Positions 50,789-59,066 are shown, numbered from the stretch's first letter. The stretch: DNA of 64,000 bases from an uncultured Actinomycetes bacterium (GCA_963704885.1 CAVPIB010000001.1:160001-224000), one strand, 5' to 3'. The notes: generated from the sequence alone by a model not told the origin. A program made the numbers and translations.

Positions 50789-51294
50789 CGGGGTGGTGGG
50801 CCGCGGCGTTCGTGGCCCAGTGGCTCCTGGTCCTCGTGCTTGCAGTGGTGATCGTTGCGCTTGCCCGTCAGGTGGGAACACTCCATCTGCGTCTCGGGCC
50901 TCGTGGCGCCCTGGAGGTTGACTCCGAGGGCCCCGCGTTGGGCGAGGCGCCGCCCCCCACACCGGGGATCGACGCCTCAGGCGCGCGCGTGCTGGTCGGC
51001 GGTCCCGGCCCGGGGCGCCTGATCCTGTTCTCGTCTCCTTCGTGTCCGATCTGTCAGGACGTGGCGCCTGGGATCCCCGCCGCCGCCGCCGCCGTGCGGA
51101 TGGCCCCGATGGTGCTGCACGACCCCGAGCTGGAACACGTCTACGGAGTGCCGGGGACCCCGTTCCTCCTGGTGATGGACGAGTTCGGCGTGGTCCGCGC
51201 GAAGGGGACCGTGAACAACCTCGAACAGGTCGAGGGTCTGGTGGATACGGCGCTTCGCCGCATCGAGGAGGTGCCGGAGCGACGGGCAAGCTGA
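50785..51294 (+). CDS. mauD: MauD-like membrane-anchored thioredoxin-fold protein
   Basis: ALARQVGTLHLRLGPRGAL, GP..G..PP, FSSPSCPIC, GTPF, AKGTVNNLEQVEGL. Confidence 0.85.
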   Translation: MTGWWAAAFVAQWLLVLVLAVVIVALARQVGTLHLRLGPRGALEVDSEGPALGEAPPPTPGIDASGARVLVGGPGPGRLILFSSPSCPICQDVAPGIPAAAAAVRMAPMVLHDPELEHVYGVPGTPFLLVMDEFGVVRAKGTVNNLEQVEGLVDTALRRIEEVPERRAS

Positions 51295-51818
51295 TCGCGA
51301 TCGAGCGGGCGGAACGGACCCTCGCGCGGCGAACCAGCCGGCGAGGGTTCCTTGGGAAACTGGGCCGCGGCGTGGTCGCCTTGGCCGGCGGCGGCGTGGT
51401 CGCCACGGCCCTCGCGCCGGGACGGGCCTCGGCGCACCACATCTGCGGGCATCTGTACACGACCGAGTCCTGCCCGCATCCGTTCGGCAAGCTCGCGAGA
51501 ACAGACAACTTCGGTTACCCGGTCCATCCGGTATATGGCTATCCCGTGGACGATGAGGGCGCGGTCTACTCCGATCCAGCGGCGCAGGTCAGGAGCAAGG
51601 TCTGTCAGCAGATCGTGCCGTCGCTCTATCACTTCGTGAAGAACCCTCGCTACGGCGGAGGCTGGACGCGGTGCTGCAACGGCCGTCTGCGCCACATCCA
51701 GGACTGCTGCTCGACCTCTCGGATCCGGATCAACGGCGACTATTCGGTGACCGGCTACTGCCCGACGCGGTTGCGCGTCTTCTGCATCACGTATCGCGAG
51801 TTAGAGGGCACGTGCTAG
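51291..51818 (+). CDS. Tat-exported Cys-rich protein resembling the amine dehydrogenase light chain (MauA-like); non-canonical start
   Basis: SRRGFL Tat motif, ASA cleavage site, 10 Cys, WTRCC...DCC...YC...FC pattern. Confidence 0.75.
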   Translation: MIAIERAERTLARRTSRRGFLGKLGRGVVALAGGGVVATALAPGRASAHHICGHLYTTESCPHPFGKLARTDNFGYPVHPVYGYPVDDEGAVYSDPAAQVRSKVCQQIVPSLYHFVKNPRYGGGWTRCCNGRLRHIQDCCSTSRIRINGDYSVTGYCPTRLRVFCITYRELEGTC

Positions 51819-53029
51819 ACGGTTCGTTGGTGGTGGCCCTGGTCGTCGCCTCTGCGGTCGCCGGCTGGTCGGCCCTCCACGGACCCTGAGGTCTGTCGAT
51901 GGTGGAGACCATCACCCCCGTGGTCCACGGGGGACGCGCGCGGTGGCTGAGCACGTTGGTGCTGCATACGCTCGGGGCCGCTGTCACGGCGGGCGTGTTC
52001 GGCGCGGCGCTCGGGTGGGTCGGTGGACTCCTGGGCGCGCCCTGGGGGCGACCCGGTCTGGTAGTCCTCGCGGCTTTCGCCGCCGCATATGGGCTCGCCG
52101 AGCTCTCACGACGCGGCCGGCTCCCCATCCCGCAGCTCCGCCGACAGGTTCCTGATTGGTGGCGAACCTTCTTCGGCCGACAGGTGGCCGCCGTCCTTTA
52201 TGGCGCGGGCCTTGGGATCGGGTTCTTCACGTACCTCGCAGAGGGAACCCTCGTCGTCGTGACGTTCGCGGCGCTCGCCAGTGGACGTCCGGAGGTGGGC
52301 GCGCTGTTGATGGCGCCGTTCGGACTGGTGCGAGGGCTCTCGGCCGCCGTAGCCTGGCGATCGGATACGCCCGAACGGAGCCGGGCGCTGGTCGACCGGC
52401 TGGTATCGGCGCCCGAGCGCCGCAGGAAGGTAGCGAACGCACTCGCTCTGGCGGCGATCGTGGTCACGGGCGCCGTGGCCGCGATCCAGACGCCGCGCGG
52501 CGGCTGGCAGGTCTTGGGGGCAGCGGCGCTGGCCGCGGTCTTCTCGTGGAGCGCGGCATCGAAGCTGCTCCCCACCGCGCGATGGCGTCGGGCGCTGGCT
52601 GCCCACCGGCTCCCGGGCGTCGTGGAGCGGATCGCCTCGTGGTCTGTGCCGGTCGGTGAGGCGTTGGTGCCCGTGCTGGTTGTTCTCGGGTATCCGCGCG
52701 TGGGCGCTGCCTGGGCGCTGGTGCTCATGGGTATGTTCTCGATCGAGCTGGTCCGCGTTCGCGGCCTGGTGGGTGTGCGCGTGCCGTGTGGGTGCTTCGG
52801 GGGACGGGGGACCGTCGATGTCCGGCACGCGTTGTTCCGCAACGCCGGGCTCGCCGGGCTCGCGGTGTTCGTCCTCGTTCTCGGGGTCGACCGCGCCGCC
52901 TCGTGGTGGCCGGAGGTTCCAGGCAGAGCGGATCTGGTGCCGCTCCTCGTTGCGGCCAGCGCCGTCTCGGCGGCTATGCTGACGGCCTGGCGGGCGTCTT
53001 CTTGGCTGGCCAAAGGCAGGGGGGCATGA
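51812..53029 (+). CDS. MauF-MauE fusion membrane protein, predicted selenoprotein (UGA 51887-51889 = Sec26)
   Basis: GTG 51812 overlaps the upstream stop; 25 hydrophobic codons, then in-frame TGA continuing GLSMVETITP; PQLRRQVP and LYGAGLG.GF.TY (MauF-like); VPCGCFG...RN (MauE). Confidence 0.75.
51915..51933 (+). promoter_or_regulatory. candidate bacterial SECIS hairpin
   Basis: CCCCCGTG-GTC-CACGGGGG perfect 8-bp stem; loop begins GU, G is 34 nt after the UGA; extra GGTCT/AGACC stem 51890-51910. Confidence 0.55.
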
Positions 53030-53658
53030 CGGGGCGGATCCTGCGCGGGATCGCACCGTTCGCTTTGGTGGCCGCAACGGTCGTGGGTGTGGCGGTCGTG
53101 GCGATGGCTGCCGGACCGGTCGTTCCGGGGCCGCGGGCGCAGGTCGACGATCCGAACGACACGCGAGGTCCGCTCGACATCAGGCGCGTCTGGTTCGAAG
53201 ACCCAGCGGACGCTCCGCCGAACTGGACCATCGTCACGTACGGCCCCTGGCACCCGAAGCGGCTCTACGACAGGGGTTTCACGTTCGTCTTCCTGGATAC
53301 GACCGGCACGGACAGAGCCGAGTACTACGTGCTTATCCGCTCGGTGGGGCGTGCGTTGGCGGGTTCGCTCTGGCGTGACCCCAAACGCGGCGGCGACATC
53401 AAACTCCTGCCGATCGGTGTGACGCGATCCTCGAACGCGAGCCTCACCCTGGAGATCCCGCTGAGGAAGCTCGAGGTAGGTCCGTTCCGGACCTACTACG
53501 GCTGGTACGCCGTGACTACGTTCACGGGTCGGGTGTGCCGCGCCACGTGCATCGACCGGACGCCGGATACCGGAGCGTTCGATCAGCCGATCGGTATCCC
53601 GTCGCCCACGCCCACCGGGAGCCCGACGGCGTCGGTCGGCAGCGATGAACGAACGTGA
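53026..53658 (+). CDS. secreted hypothetical protein
   Basis: ATGA-coupled start, signal peptide, DDPNDTRGPLDI, CRATC.DRTPD, PSPT tail. Confidence 0.7.
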   Translation: MTGRILRGIAPFALVAATVVGVAVVAMAAGPVVPGPRAQVDDPNDTRGPLDIRRVWFEDPADAPPNWTIVTYGPWHPKRLYDRGFTFVFLDTTGTDRAEYYVLIRSVGRALAGSLWRDPKRGGDIKLLPIGVTRSSNASLTLEIPLRKLEVGPFRTYYGWYAVTTFTGRVCRATCIDRTPDTGAFDQPIGIPSPTPTGSPTASVGSDERT

Positions 53659-53688
53659 TCCCGGCGGGGGAAGTCGTCCAGGCCTTCG

Positions 53689-55188
53689 TCAGGAAGGTCG
53701 AGAGAGGGCGGTGCCATCCAGCTGCGGATCGACCAACGGCGTTGGTTTCTCCACGACGTGGAAGCGCCGTTCGGGGCTGATCAGGCTGTATACGACCGAC
53801 GAGGCCTCCAACACCGTGAAGATCGGGATCATGGCAGCTTGAAGGACGAAGTAGCCGGGGTGCCGCAGCGCGCGCAAGCCCTCCTGCATCGATAGGCTGA
53901 CCCACAGCCCAAGCAGGTAGTTCGTCACGAACACGGCGAAGATCGCGTCTCCGACGATCGCCAGGCCGCGGGGCACCGCCACGCCGCTGAAGATGTGGAG
54001 GAGCGAGTAGGCGAACCCGGTCCACCCCACGGTCCAGAGGAACATCGCGAACCAGAGCGAGCGACGATACTTGACGGGCACGGGCGTCTTCCTGGCCGCC
54101 CACCACATACCGGTGAACCACCGCCGCCGCTGGTGGATGAAGTCGTTGAGGTTGGCGGGCGACTGCTCTATCACGGTTCCCTCTACCCACCGGAAACGGT
54201 TGCCCTCGCCCATCTGTCGAAGTGCCCAGGTCGTGTCCTCGGTCGTGCAAGCTTCGGGCGGGAAATCGAAACCCACCTGCCGTTCGACGCTCGAGCGGAC
54301 GAGCAGGAAGGAGCCGTGCATCCCGAACAGGATCTGGTGCATCCGGTACTGGAGATGGAATCTGCCCAGATCGTCCCCCACGCGGATGGAGTCGGCCATG
54401 GAGAAGACCTTGTTGGACGCCAGATTCCGGTGATACGTGATGAGTCCCTGCCCGATGCGATGCTTGCCGGACCGCTCCTCTTCGGTTACGGCTTCGCGGA
54501 TACCCACGATCAACTCCTCGGTGACGTGGGACTCCTCGTCCAGGTGCAGGATCCAGCCGTCGTCGGGGATCGGAGAGACAGAGATGGCGTAGTGGAGCGC
54601 GCGAGCCTTGTGCGTGGCCCCGTTGCTCGTTGCGAAGTCATCCGGCACGACGATCGTGTGCACGGCTTCGTGATCGGGCAGGCCTTCTACCGGCACGTCG
54701 CTCACGACCTCGATCTGGAAGGGGAAGCACGGCCGCGATCTCATCGAGTCCAGAACCGAATGGGTCGTGGCGATCACCGTCTCAGGCTGGTCGCCGCGAG
54801 TCACGATCCGGAAGACGATTGGGAACCGCATGGTCGTGGCCCGAGATCCGGCGCGTGTCTCTTCGGTGGCCTTCGTGTGACGCCTGAATAGCAGCCATCC
54901 GGAAACGTCCGCGATCGCCCACGGGAGCATGAGGGACCACGTCACTGCGCTCCAAGCGATCACGTGATCGAAGAGGTTGTTGGCGGGATGTCCTCCCTGC
55001 GGCCAGACGACACCCTTCACGTAGCGGATCGCGAGGAAGATGACCGCCATCAGCGCGATCACCCCGAGACGGAAGATCAAGTTGCGCGACGCCAAAGAGC
55101 GGCTCGCGATCGGTTCGGGCGCTGATCGATCCGGGCCGGGGGCTTCGGGCGAAGGTTGGGCGAGGGTCTGGGTTCGAGTCGTCTGCAT
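53689..55188 (-). CDS. GT2 glycosyltransferase, egghead/BRE-3 (beta-1,4-mannosyltransferase)-like
   Basis: RIVTRG, HKARALHYA, LHLDEES, IGQGLITY, ADSIRVGDD, HGSF, TED, QRRRW; multiple TMs. Confidence 0.82.
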   Translation of the reverse strand: MQTTRTQTLAQPSPEAPGPDRSAPEPIASRSLASRNLIFRLGVIALMAVIFLAIRYVKGVVWPQGGHPANNLFDHVIAWSAVTWSLMLPWAIADVSGWLLFRRHTKATEETRAGSRATTMRFPIVFRIVTRGDQPETVIATTHSVLDSMRSRPCFPFQIEVVSDVPVEGLPDHEAVHTIVVPDDFATSNGATHKARALHYAISVSPIPDDGWILHLDEESHVTEELIVGIREAVTEEERSGKHRIGQGLITYHRNLASNKVFSMADSIRVGDDLGRFHLQYRMHQILFGMHGSFLLVRSSVERQVGFDFPPEACTTEDTTWALRQMGEGNRFRWVEGTVIEQSPANLNDFIHQRRRWFTGMWWAARKTPVPVKYRRSLWFAMFLWTVGWTGFAYSLLHIFSGVAVPRGLAIVGDAIFAVFVTNYLLGLWVSLSMQEGLRALRHPGYFVLQAAMIPIFTVLEASSVVYSLISPERRFHVVEKPTPLVDPQLDGTALSRPS

Positions 55189-55332
55189 CTCACATCCACT
55201 CTTGGAGGTCGGCCGTTCAGGGGGGTCTCTAGCTGAATCGACACCTAGACCCTGAAGCCTTGATGCCTAGATGTAGGTAAAGGTCTGTGGCCGACCGCTC
55301 CTCGGATACTCAAGGAACGAGCGGGTTCCTTC

Positions 55333-55370
55333 TTGACGGAACCCTGAGACACGGTTGAGGCGCCTCTGAC
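55333..55370. promoter_or_regulatory. four YTGAS direct repeats at 11-bp period (OmpR/PhoB-type operator candidate)
   Basis: TTGAC 55333, CTGAG 55344, TTGAG 55355, CTGAC 55366. Confidence 0.5.
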
Positions 55371-55426
55371 CCCCGCACCCGATGAAAGGGATGCGACCCC
55401 AAGTCGGAAGGAAAGGTCAGGGCACG

Positions 55427-55690
55427 ATGAGCGCCACGGCACAGACCCTCGAAGGATGGTCGAGCGGCGAGCCACGCTCCCTCGTTCGGCGTGTCCGTGG
55501 GTTGAGCGTCCGGCGAGCCGTTGCGTGCCTGACCTGCGCTGTCGCCGGTGCCGGGGTCGCCTGGAACTGGGCCACGCTGCTGGCCGGGGCGCTGCATATG
55601 GGCTGGGTGGGACCGGCTGTGGGCCTCGTCGCTGGTCTGTGGATAGCCGGCGTGATCGCAGGGCTCGACGCCGACGAGCAGCGTCAGTAG
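55427..55690 (+). CDS. small 2-TM hypothetical protein
   Basis: GAAAGG SD-like before ATG 55427; two hydrophobic helices. Confidence 0.55.
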   Translation: MSATAQTLEGWSSGEPRSLVRRVRGLSVRRAVACLTCAVAGAGVAWNWATLLAGALHMGWVGPAVGLVAGLWIAGVIAGLDADEQRQ

Positions 55691-55817
55691 ACCCCTCCGC
55701 TCGCTCCTGGATCCCGCGAATCTCAACCGCCTGCCGTTGCGTGCCGATGGAACGGGGGGATCGCTCGGTGTGGTCTATCGCCCCGAGCGGTCGGTCCGCC
55801 GTCGAGCAACGGAGTCC

Positions 55818-56522
55818 ATGGTGCAGGAACGGTCGAGCCTCGATGAGGGAGGAACCGCTCGAGTCCTGGTTGTCGACGATGACCAGGACATACGCGATGT
55901 CATCCTTTCGGCCCTGGAGCGAGAGCACTTCGAGATCCGTCAGGCGGCCGACGGTCGATCGGCCGTGGAGCTGGCGCAGGAGTTCCGCCCCGACGTCATC
56001 TTGCTGGATCTGAACCTCCCGGGGCTGAGCGGGATCGACGTCTGCCAGCGCGTGCGGGCGTTCTCGGACGCCTACATCCTGATGCTGACAGCGTCGGACG
56101 AACTGAGCGACAAGCTCGTCGGGCTCTCGAGCGGGGCCGACGACTACGTGGTCAAGCCGTGCTCCATGGCGGAGATCGTCGCCAGGATCCGAGCGCTCAC
56201 ACGACGATCTCGGACTGTGCAGGCCCCCGATCGCGCTCGCTCCTACGGCGACCTGCGCCTCGACCCGGCCACTCGTGAGGTTCAGATCAGCGGCGCGCCG
56301 GTCTCTCTCACGAGGATCGAATTCGACCTGCTCGACGTGTTGTTGACGGATCCTAAGGTCGTCGTGTCCAAGGGCCGTCTCCTCGAACGCGTCTGGGGAC
56401 CGAACTGGTACGGCGACGACCACGTCGTCGACGTGCACGTGTCCAACCTGCGCCGGAAGATCGGCGCCTCGCTCATCCGCACGGTGAGGGGCGTCGGCTA
56501 TCGCCTCGGTGATGCGGCGTGA
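55818..56522 (+). CDS. OmpR/PhoB family response regulator
   Basis: VVDDD, LLDLNLPG, GADDYVVKP, LTRIEFDLL, VDVHVSNLRRKI, TVRGVGY. Confidence 0.93.
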   Translation: MVQERSSLDEGGTARVLVVDDDQDIRDVILSALEREHFEIRQAADGRSAVELAQEFRPDVILLDLNLPGLSGIDVCQRVRAFSDAYILMLTASDELSDKLVGLSSGADDYVVKPCSMAEIVARIRALTRRSRTVQAPDRARSYGDLRLDPATREVQISGAPVSLTRIEFDLLDVLLTDPKVVVSKGRLLERVWGPNWYGDDHVVDVHVSNLRRKIGASLIRTVRGVGYRLGDAA

Positions 56523-56532
56523 ACGTGGGTGG

Positions 56533-57714
56533 ATGATGCCGTCGCGGGCCGATGACCTGGGGCCGTTCGACCCGGACGCCCAGATCCTGATCGTCGACGA
56601 CGTTGAACCGAACGTGCGACTCCTTGAGCGCGTGCTCCGAGACGCCGGTTACCGCAACGCGAAGGGCTTCACCGATCCGAACGAGCTCCTGCGGTGCGTC
56701 GATGAGAGCACGCCGGATCTGATCTTCCTCGACCTCCACATGCCCGTCGACGGCCTAGGGCTGATCCGCGAGCTTCGCAAGCGCTTCCCGAGGTCCGTCG
56801 AGCTTCCGATCATCGTGCTCACGGGCGACGTGACGCCCGAGGCGAAGCACCGCAGCCTGCTCGCCGGCGCCAGCGACTTCCTCACCAAGCCCTACGATCT
56901 CACGGAGGTGCTCTGCCGCGCGGCGAACCTGCTCGAGGCGCACGAGCTGCACCTGCGCCTGCTGAGTCGGCAGGGGGATCTGGAGTCGGTCGTCGCAGAT
57001 CAGACGAAGAAGCTCGAGGATCGGCTTCACGATCTGGGCCGGCTCGACCAAGAACGCCGCAGGCTACTTTCCCACCTCGTGCACGCCCAAGAGGAAGAGC
57101 GAAGGGCGATCGCGTCTGATATCCACGACGACCCGATCCAGAAGATGGTAGCCGTGGCGATGCGGCTGGACATGGTCCTCGAGGAGCGCCCGGAGCTCGG
57201 CGACGACGAGCAGTTCCACAAGGCGCAGGAGACGGTGAAGAGGTCGATCGAGAGCTTGCGCAGTCTGATGTTCGAGCTGCGGCCCTACGTGTTGGACCAT
57301 GATGGCCTTGCTGCGGCCCTGACCGTTCTCGTCCGGGAAGAGGGGAAGCTGCCCGGAAGCGCGACGTACAAGGTCCGGAACCGGCTCGGTTCGGAACCGC
57401 CCGACAGCGTGCGGGTGATCCTTTACCGCATCACCCAGGAGGCGCTCGTCAACGTACGCAAGCACGCTCGAGCCTCCCAGGTCGAGATCACCCTGGAAGA
57501 GAGTGATCAAGGCTACACGGTGCGGGTGAAAGACGACGGGGTCGGGTTCGAGCCCGAGACGTCCTCGGATCCATCGCTCGGCCATATCGGCCTGACGTCG
57601 ATGCGCGAGCGAGCCTCGTTGGCGGGTGGGTGGTTCCGGATCGAGAGCACGCCAGGCGCAGGCACGGTCGCGGAGGCCCTGATCCCGCGCGAGGCGCAGG
57701 GAGCGGCGGCGTGA
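56533..57714 (+). CDS. soluble hybrid kinase: REC + HisKA_3 + HATPase
   Basis: IVDD, LDLHMP, EEERRAIASDIHDD, QEALVNVRKH, DDGVGF, GLTSMRER. Confidence 0.9.
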   Translation: MMPSRADDLGPFDPDAQILIVDDVEPNVRLLERVLRDAGYRNAKGFTDPNELLRCVDESTPDLIFLDLHMPVDGLGLIRELRKRFPRSVELPIIVLTGDVTPEAKHRSLLAGASDFLTKPYDLTEVLCRAANLLEAHELHLRLLSRQGDLESVVADQTKKLEDRLHDLGRLDQERRRLLSHLVHAQEEERRAIASDIHDDPIQKMVAVAMRLDMVLEERPELGDDEQFHKAQETVKRSIESLRSLMFELRPYVLDHDGLAAALTVLVREEGKLPGSATYKVRNRLGSEPPDSVRVILYRITQEALVNVRKHARASQVEITLEESDQGYTVRVKDDGVGFEPETSSDPSLGHIGLTSMRERASLAGGWFRIESTPGAGTVAEALIPREAQGAAA

Positions 57715-57735
57715 TCGTCGGAACAGGGTGACGCG

Positions 57736-58953
57736 ATGCCGATCCGGATCCTGATCGCCGACGACGACGCCGAGGTCCGCAGCGTCCTCATCGACATCAT
57801 AGGAAGGGCCGAGTCGCTCGAGCTCGTCGGCGTCGCCGAGGATGCACAGCAGGCGATCGAGCTCGCAGGACGGCAGCGACCCGACGCCGCACTGTTGGAC
57901 GTGAAGATGCCGGGTGGTGGTCCGCGGGCGGCGCGGGAGATCCGCGCGTCCAGTCCAGGAACGGCGATCATCGCGCTGTCGGCACATGAGGACGCGCGCA
58001 GCGTCCAGGAGATGCTGGCGGCGGGCGCCTACAACTTCCTGGTCAAGGGGACGAGCCCCAAGGAGCTCGTGGACGCGATCCGCTCGAGCGTCAACGGAGA
58101 GGTACGGCTCTCCGCCAAAGCGGCGTCTCATGTCGTCGGGGAACTGGCCACCAAGCTGGTGCAGGAGCGCGAGGGGGTCGAGCGACGCTCCGCCTGGGAG
58201 AGGCAGATCCAGCGAGTCCTCGACAGCGGCGGTCCGGAGTGTGTCTTGCAGCCGATCATCGCGCTCGATACGGAGCAGCCTGTCGGCTTCGAAGCGCTCG
58301 CCCGGTTCGACTCGGAACCGGTCCGCAGTCCTGGCGCCTGGTTCGCGGAGGCCGCGGCCTTGGGGTACGCGCTCGAATTGGAGATCGCCGCGGTCGAGGC
58401 CGCGATCTCGGGCATCGACCATCTCCCGCCCGGGGCGTTCTTGGCGCTTAACGTCTCTCCAGCATCGATCGTATCCTCGCGGCTCACGGAGACGATCGGG
58501 CGGATCCCGCTCGACCGCGTGGTCGTGGAGCTGACCGAACACGCGCCGATCTCCGACTATCCGATGTTGCGTTCGGTCCTTGCCGATCTTCGCCTGAGCG
58601 GAACTAGGCTCGCGGTGGATGACGTCGGGGCAGGCCACGCCAGCCTGCGGCACATCCTGCAGCTCGAGCCGGACCTGATCAAGCTCGATGTCAGCCTGAC
58701 CAGGGACATCGACACCCAGCGCGCGCAGCGATCTCTCGCGTCGGCTCTGGTCACGTTCGGTCGAGAGATGGAGGCCACCCTCATCGCGGTGGGTGTCGAG
58801 ACCGACGCCGAGCTTGCGGTCATCCGAGAGCTCGGTATCCCCTGGGCGCAGGGCTACTACTTCGGTAGGCCGGCCCCATGGCCGGTTCCCCCGTCCGAGG
58901 TCCCCTCCAAGCGCGAGGTCGAAACGAAGAGTCTCGCCGAACCTCGTCGATAG
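57736..58953 (+). CDS. REC-EAL domain protein (c-di-GMP phosphodiesterase fold, possibly degenerate)
   Basis: IADDD, LDVKMP, QPI, FEALARF, LNVS, ELTE, DDVGAG, IKLD, AVGVE, QGY. Confidence 0.9.
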   Translation: MPIRILIADDDAEVRSVLIDIIGRAESLELVGVAEDAQQAIELAGRQRPDAALLDVKMPGGGPRAAREIRASSPGTAIIALSAHEDARSVQEMLAAGAYNFLVKGTSPKELVDAIRSSVNGEVRLSAKAASHVVGELATKLVQEREGVERRSAWERQIQRVLDSGGPECVLQPIIALDTEQPVGFEALARFDSEPVRSPGAWFAEAAALGYALELEIAAVEAAISGIDHLPPGAFLALNVSPASIVSSRLTETIGRIPLDRVVVELTEHAPISDYPMLRSVLADLRLSGTRLAVDDVGAGHASLRHILQLEPDLIKLDVSLTRDIDTQRAQRSLASALVTFGREMEATLIAVGVETDAELAVIRELGIPWAQGYYFGRPAPWPVPPSEVPSKREVETKSLAEPRR

Positions 58954-58966
58954 ACTGGAACGCGAA

Positions 58967-59039
58967 GGGGACGTAGCTCAGCTGGTAGAGCACCTGCTTT
59001 GCAAGCAGGGGGTCGGCGGTTCGAGTCCGCTCGTCTCCA
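58967..59039 (+). tRNA. tRNA-Ala(TGC); CCA not encoded
   Basis: GGGGACG/CGTCTCC acceptor with G3:U70, anticodon loop TTTGCAA, GGTTCGAGTCC. Confidence 0.97.
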
Positions 59040-59066
59040 CGCCGTCTCCACGCCGACTCTCCACGC
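59032..59066 (+). repeat. tandem triplication of the tRNA-Ala 3' end (CGTCTCCACGC)
   Basis: Copies at 59032, 59043 and 59054 (third has a 2-nt insertion). Confidence 0.8.

Noticed and set aside
49004-58653. Long antisense/alternate-frame ORFs (e.g. 49004..50566, 57064..58653; also 29147..30271, 41259..42668, 44519..45766)
   Set aside because: Shadow ORFs of well-supported genes in high-GC DNA; Arg/Pro/Gly-rich with no family motifs
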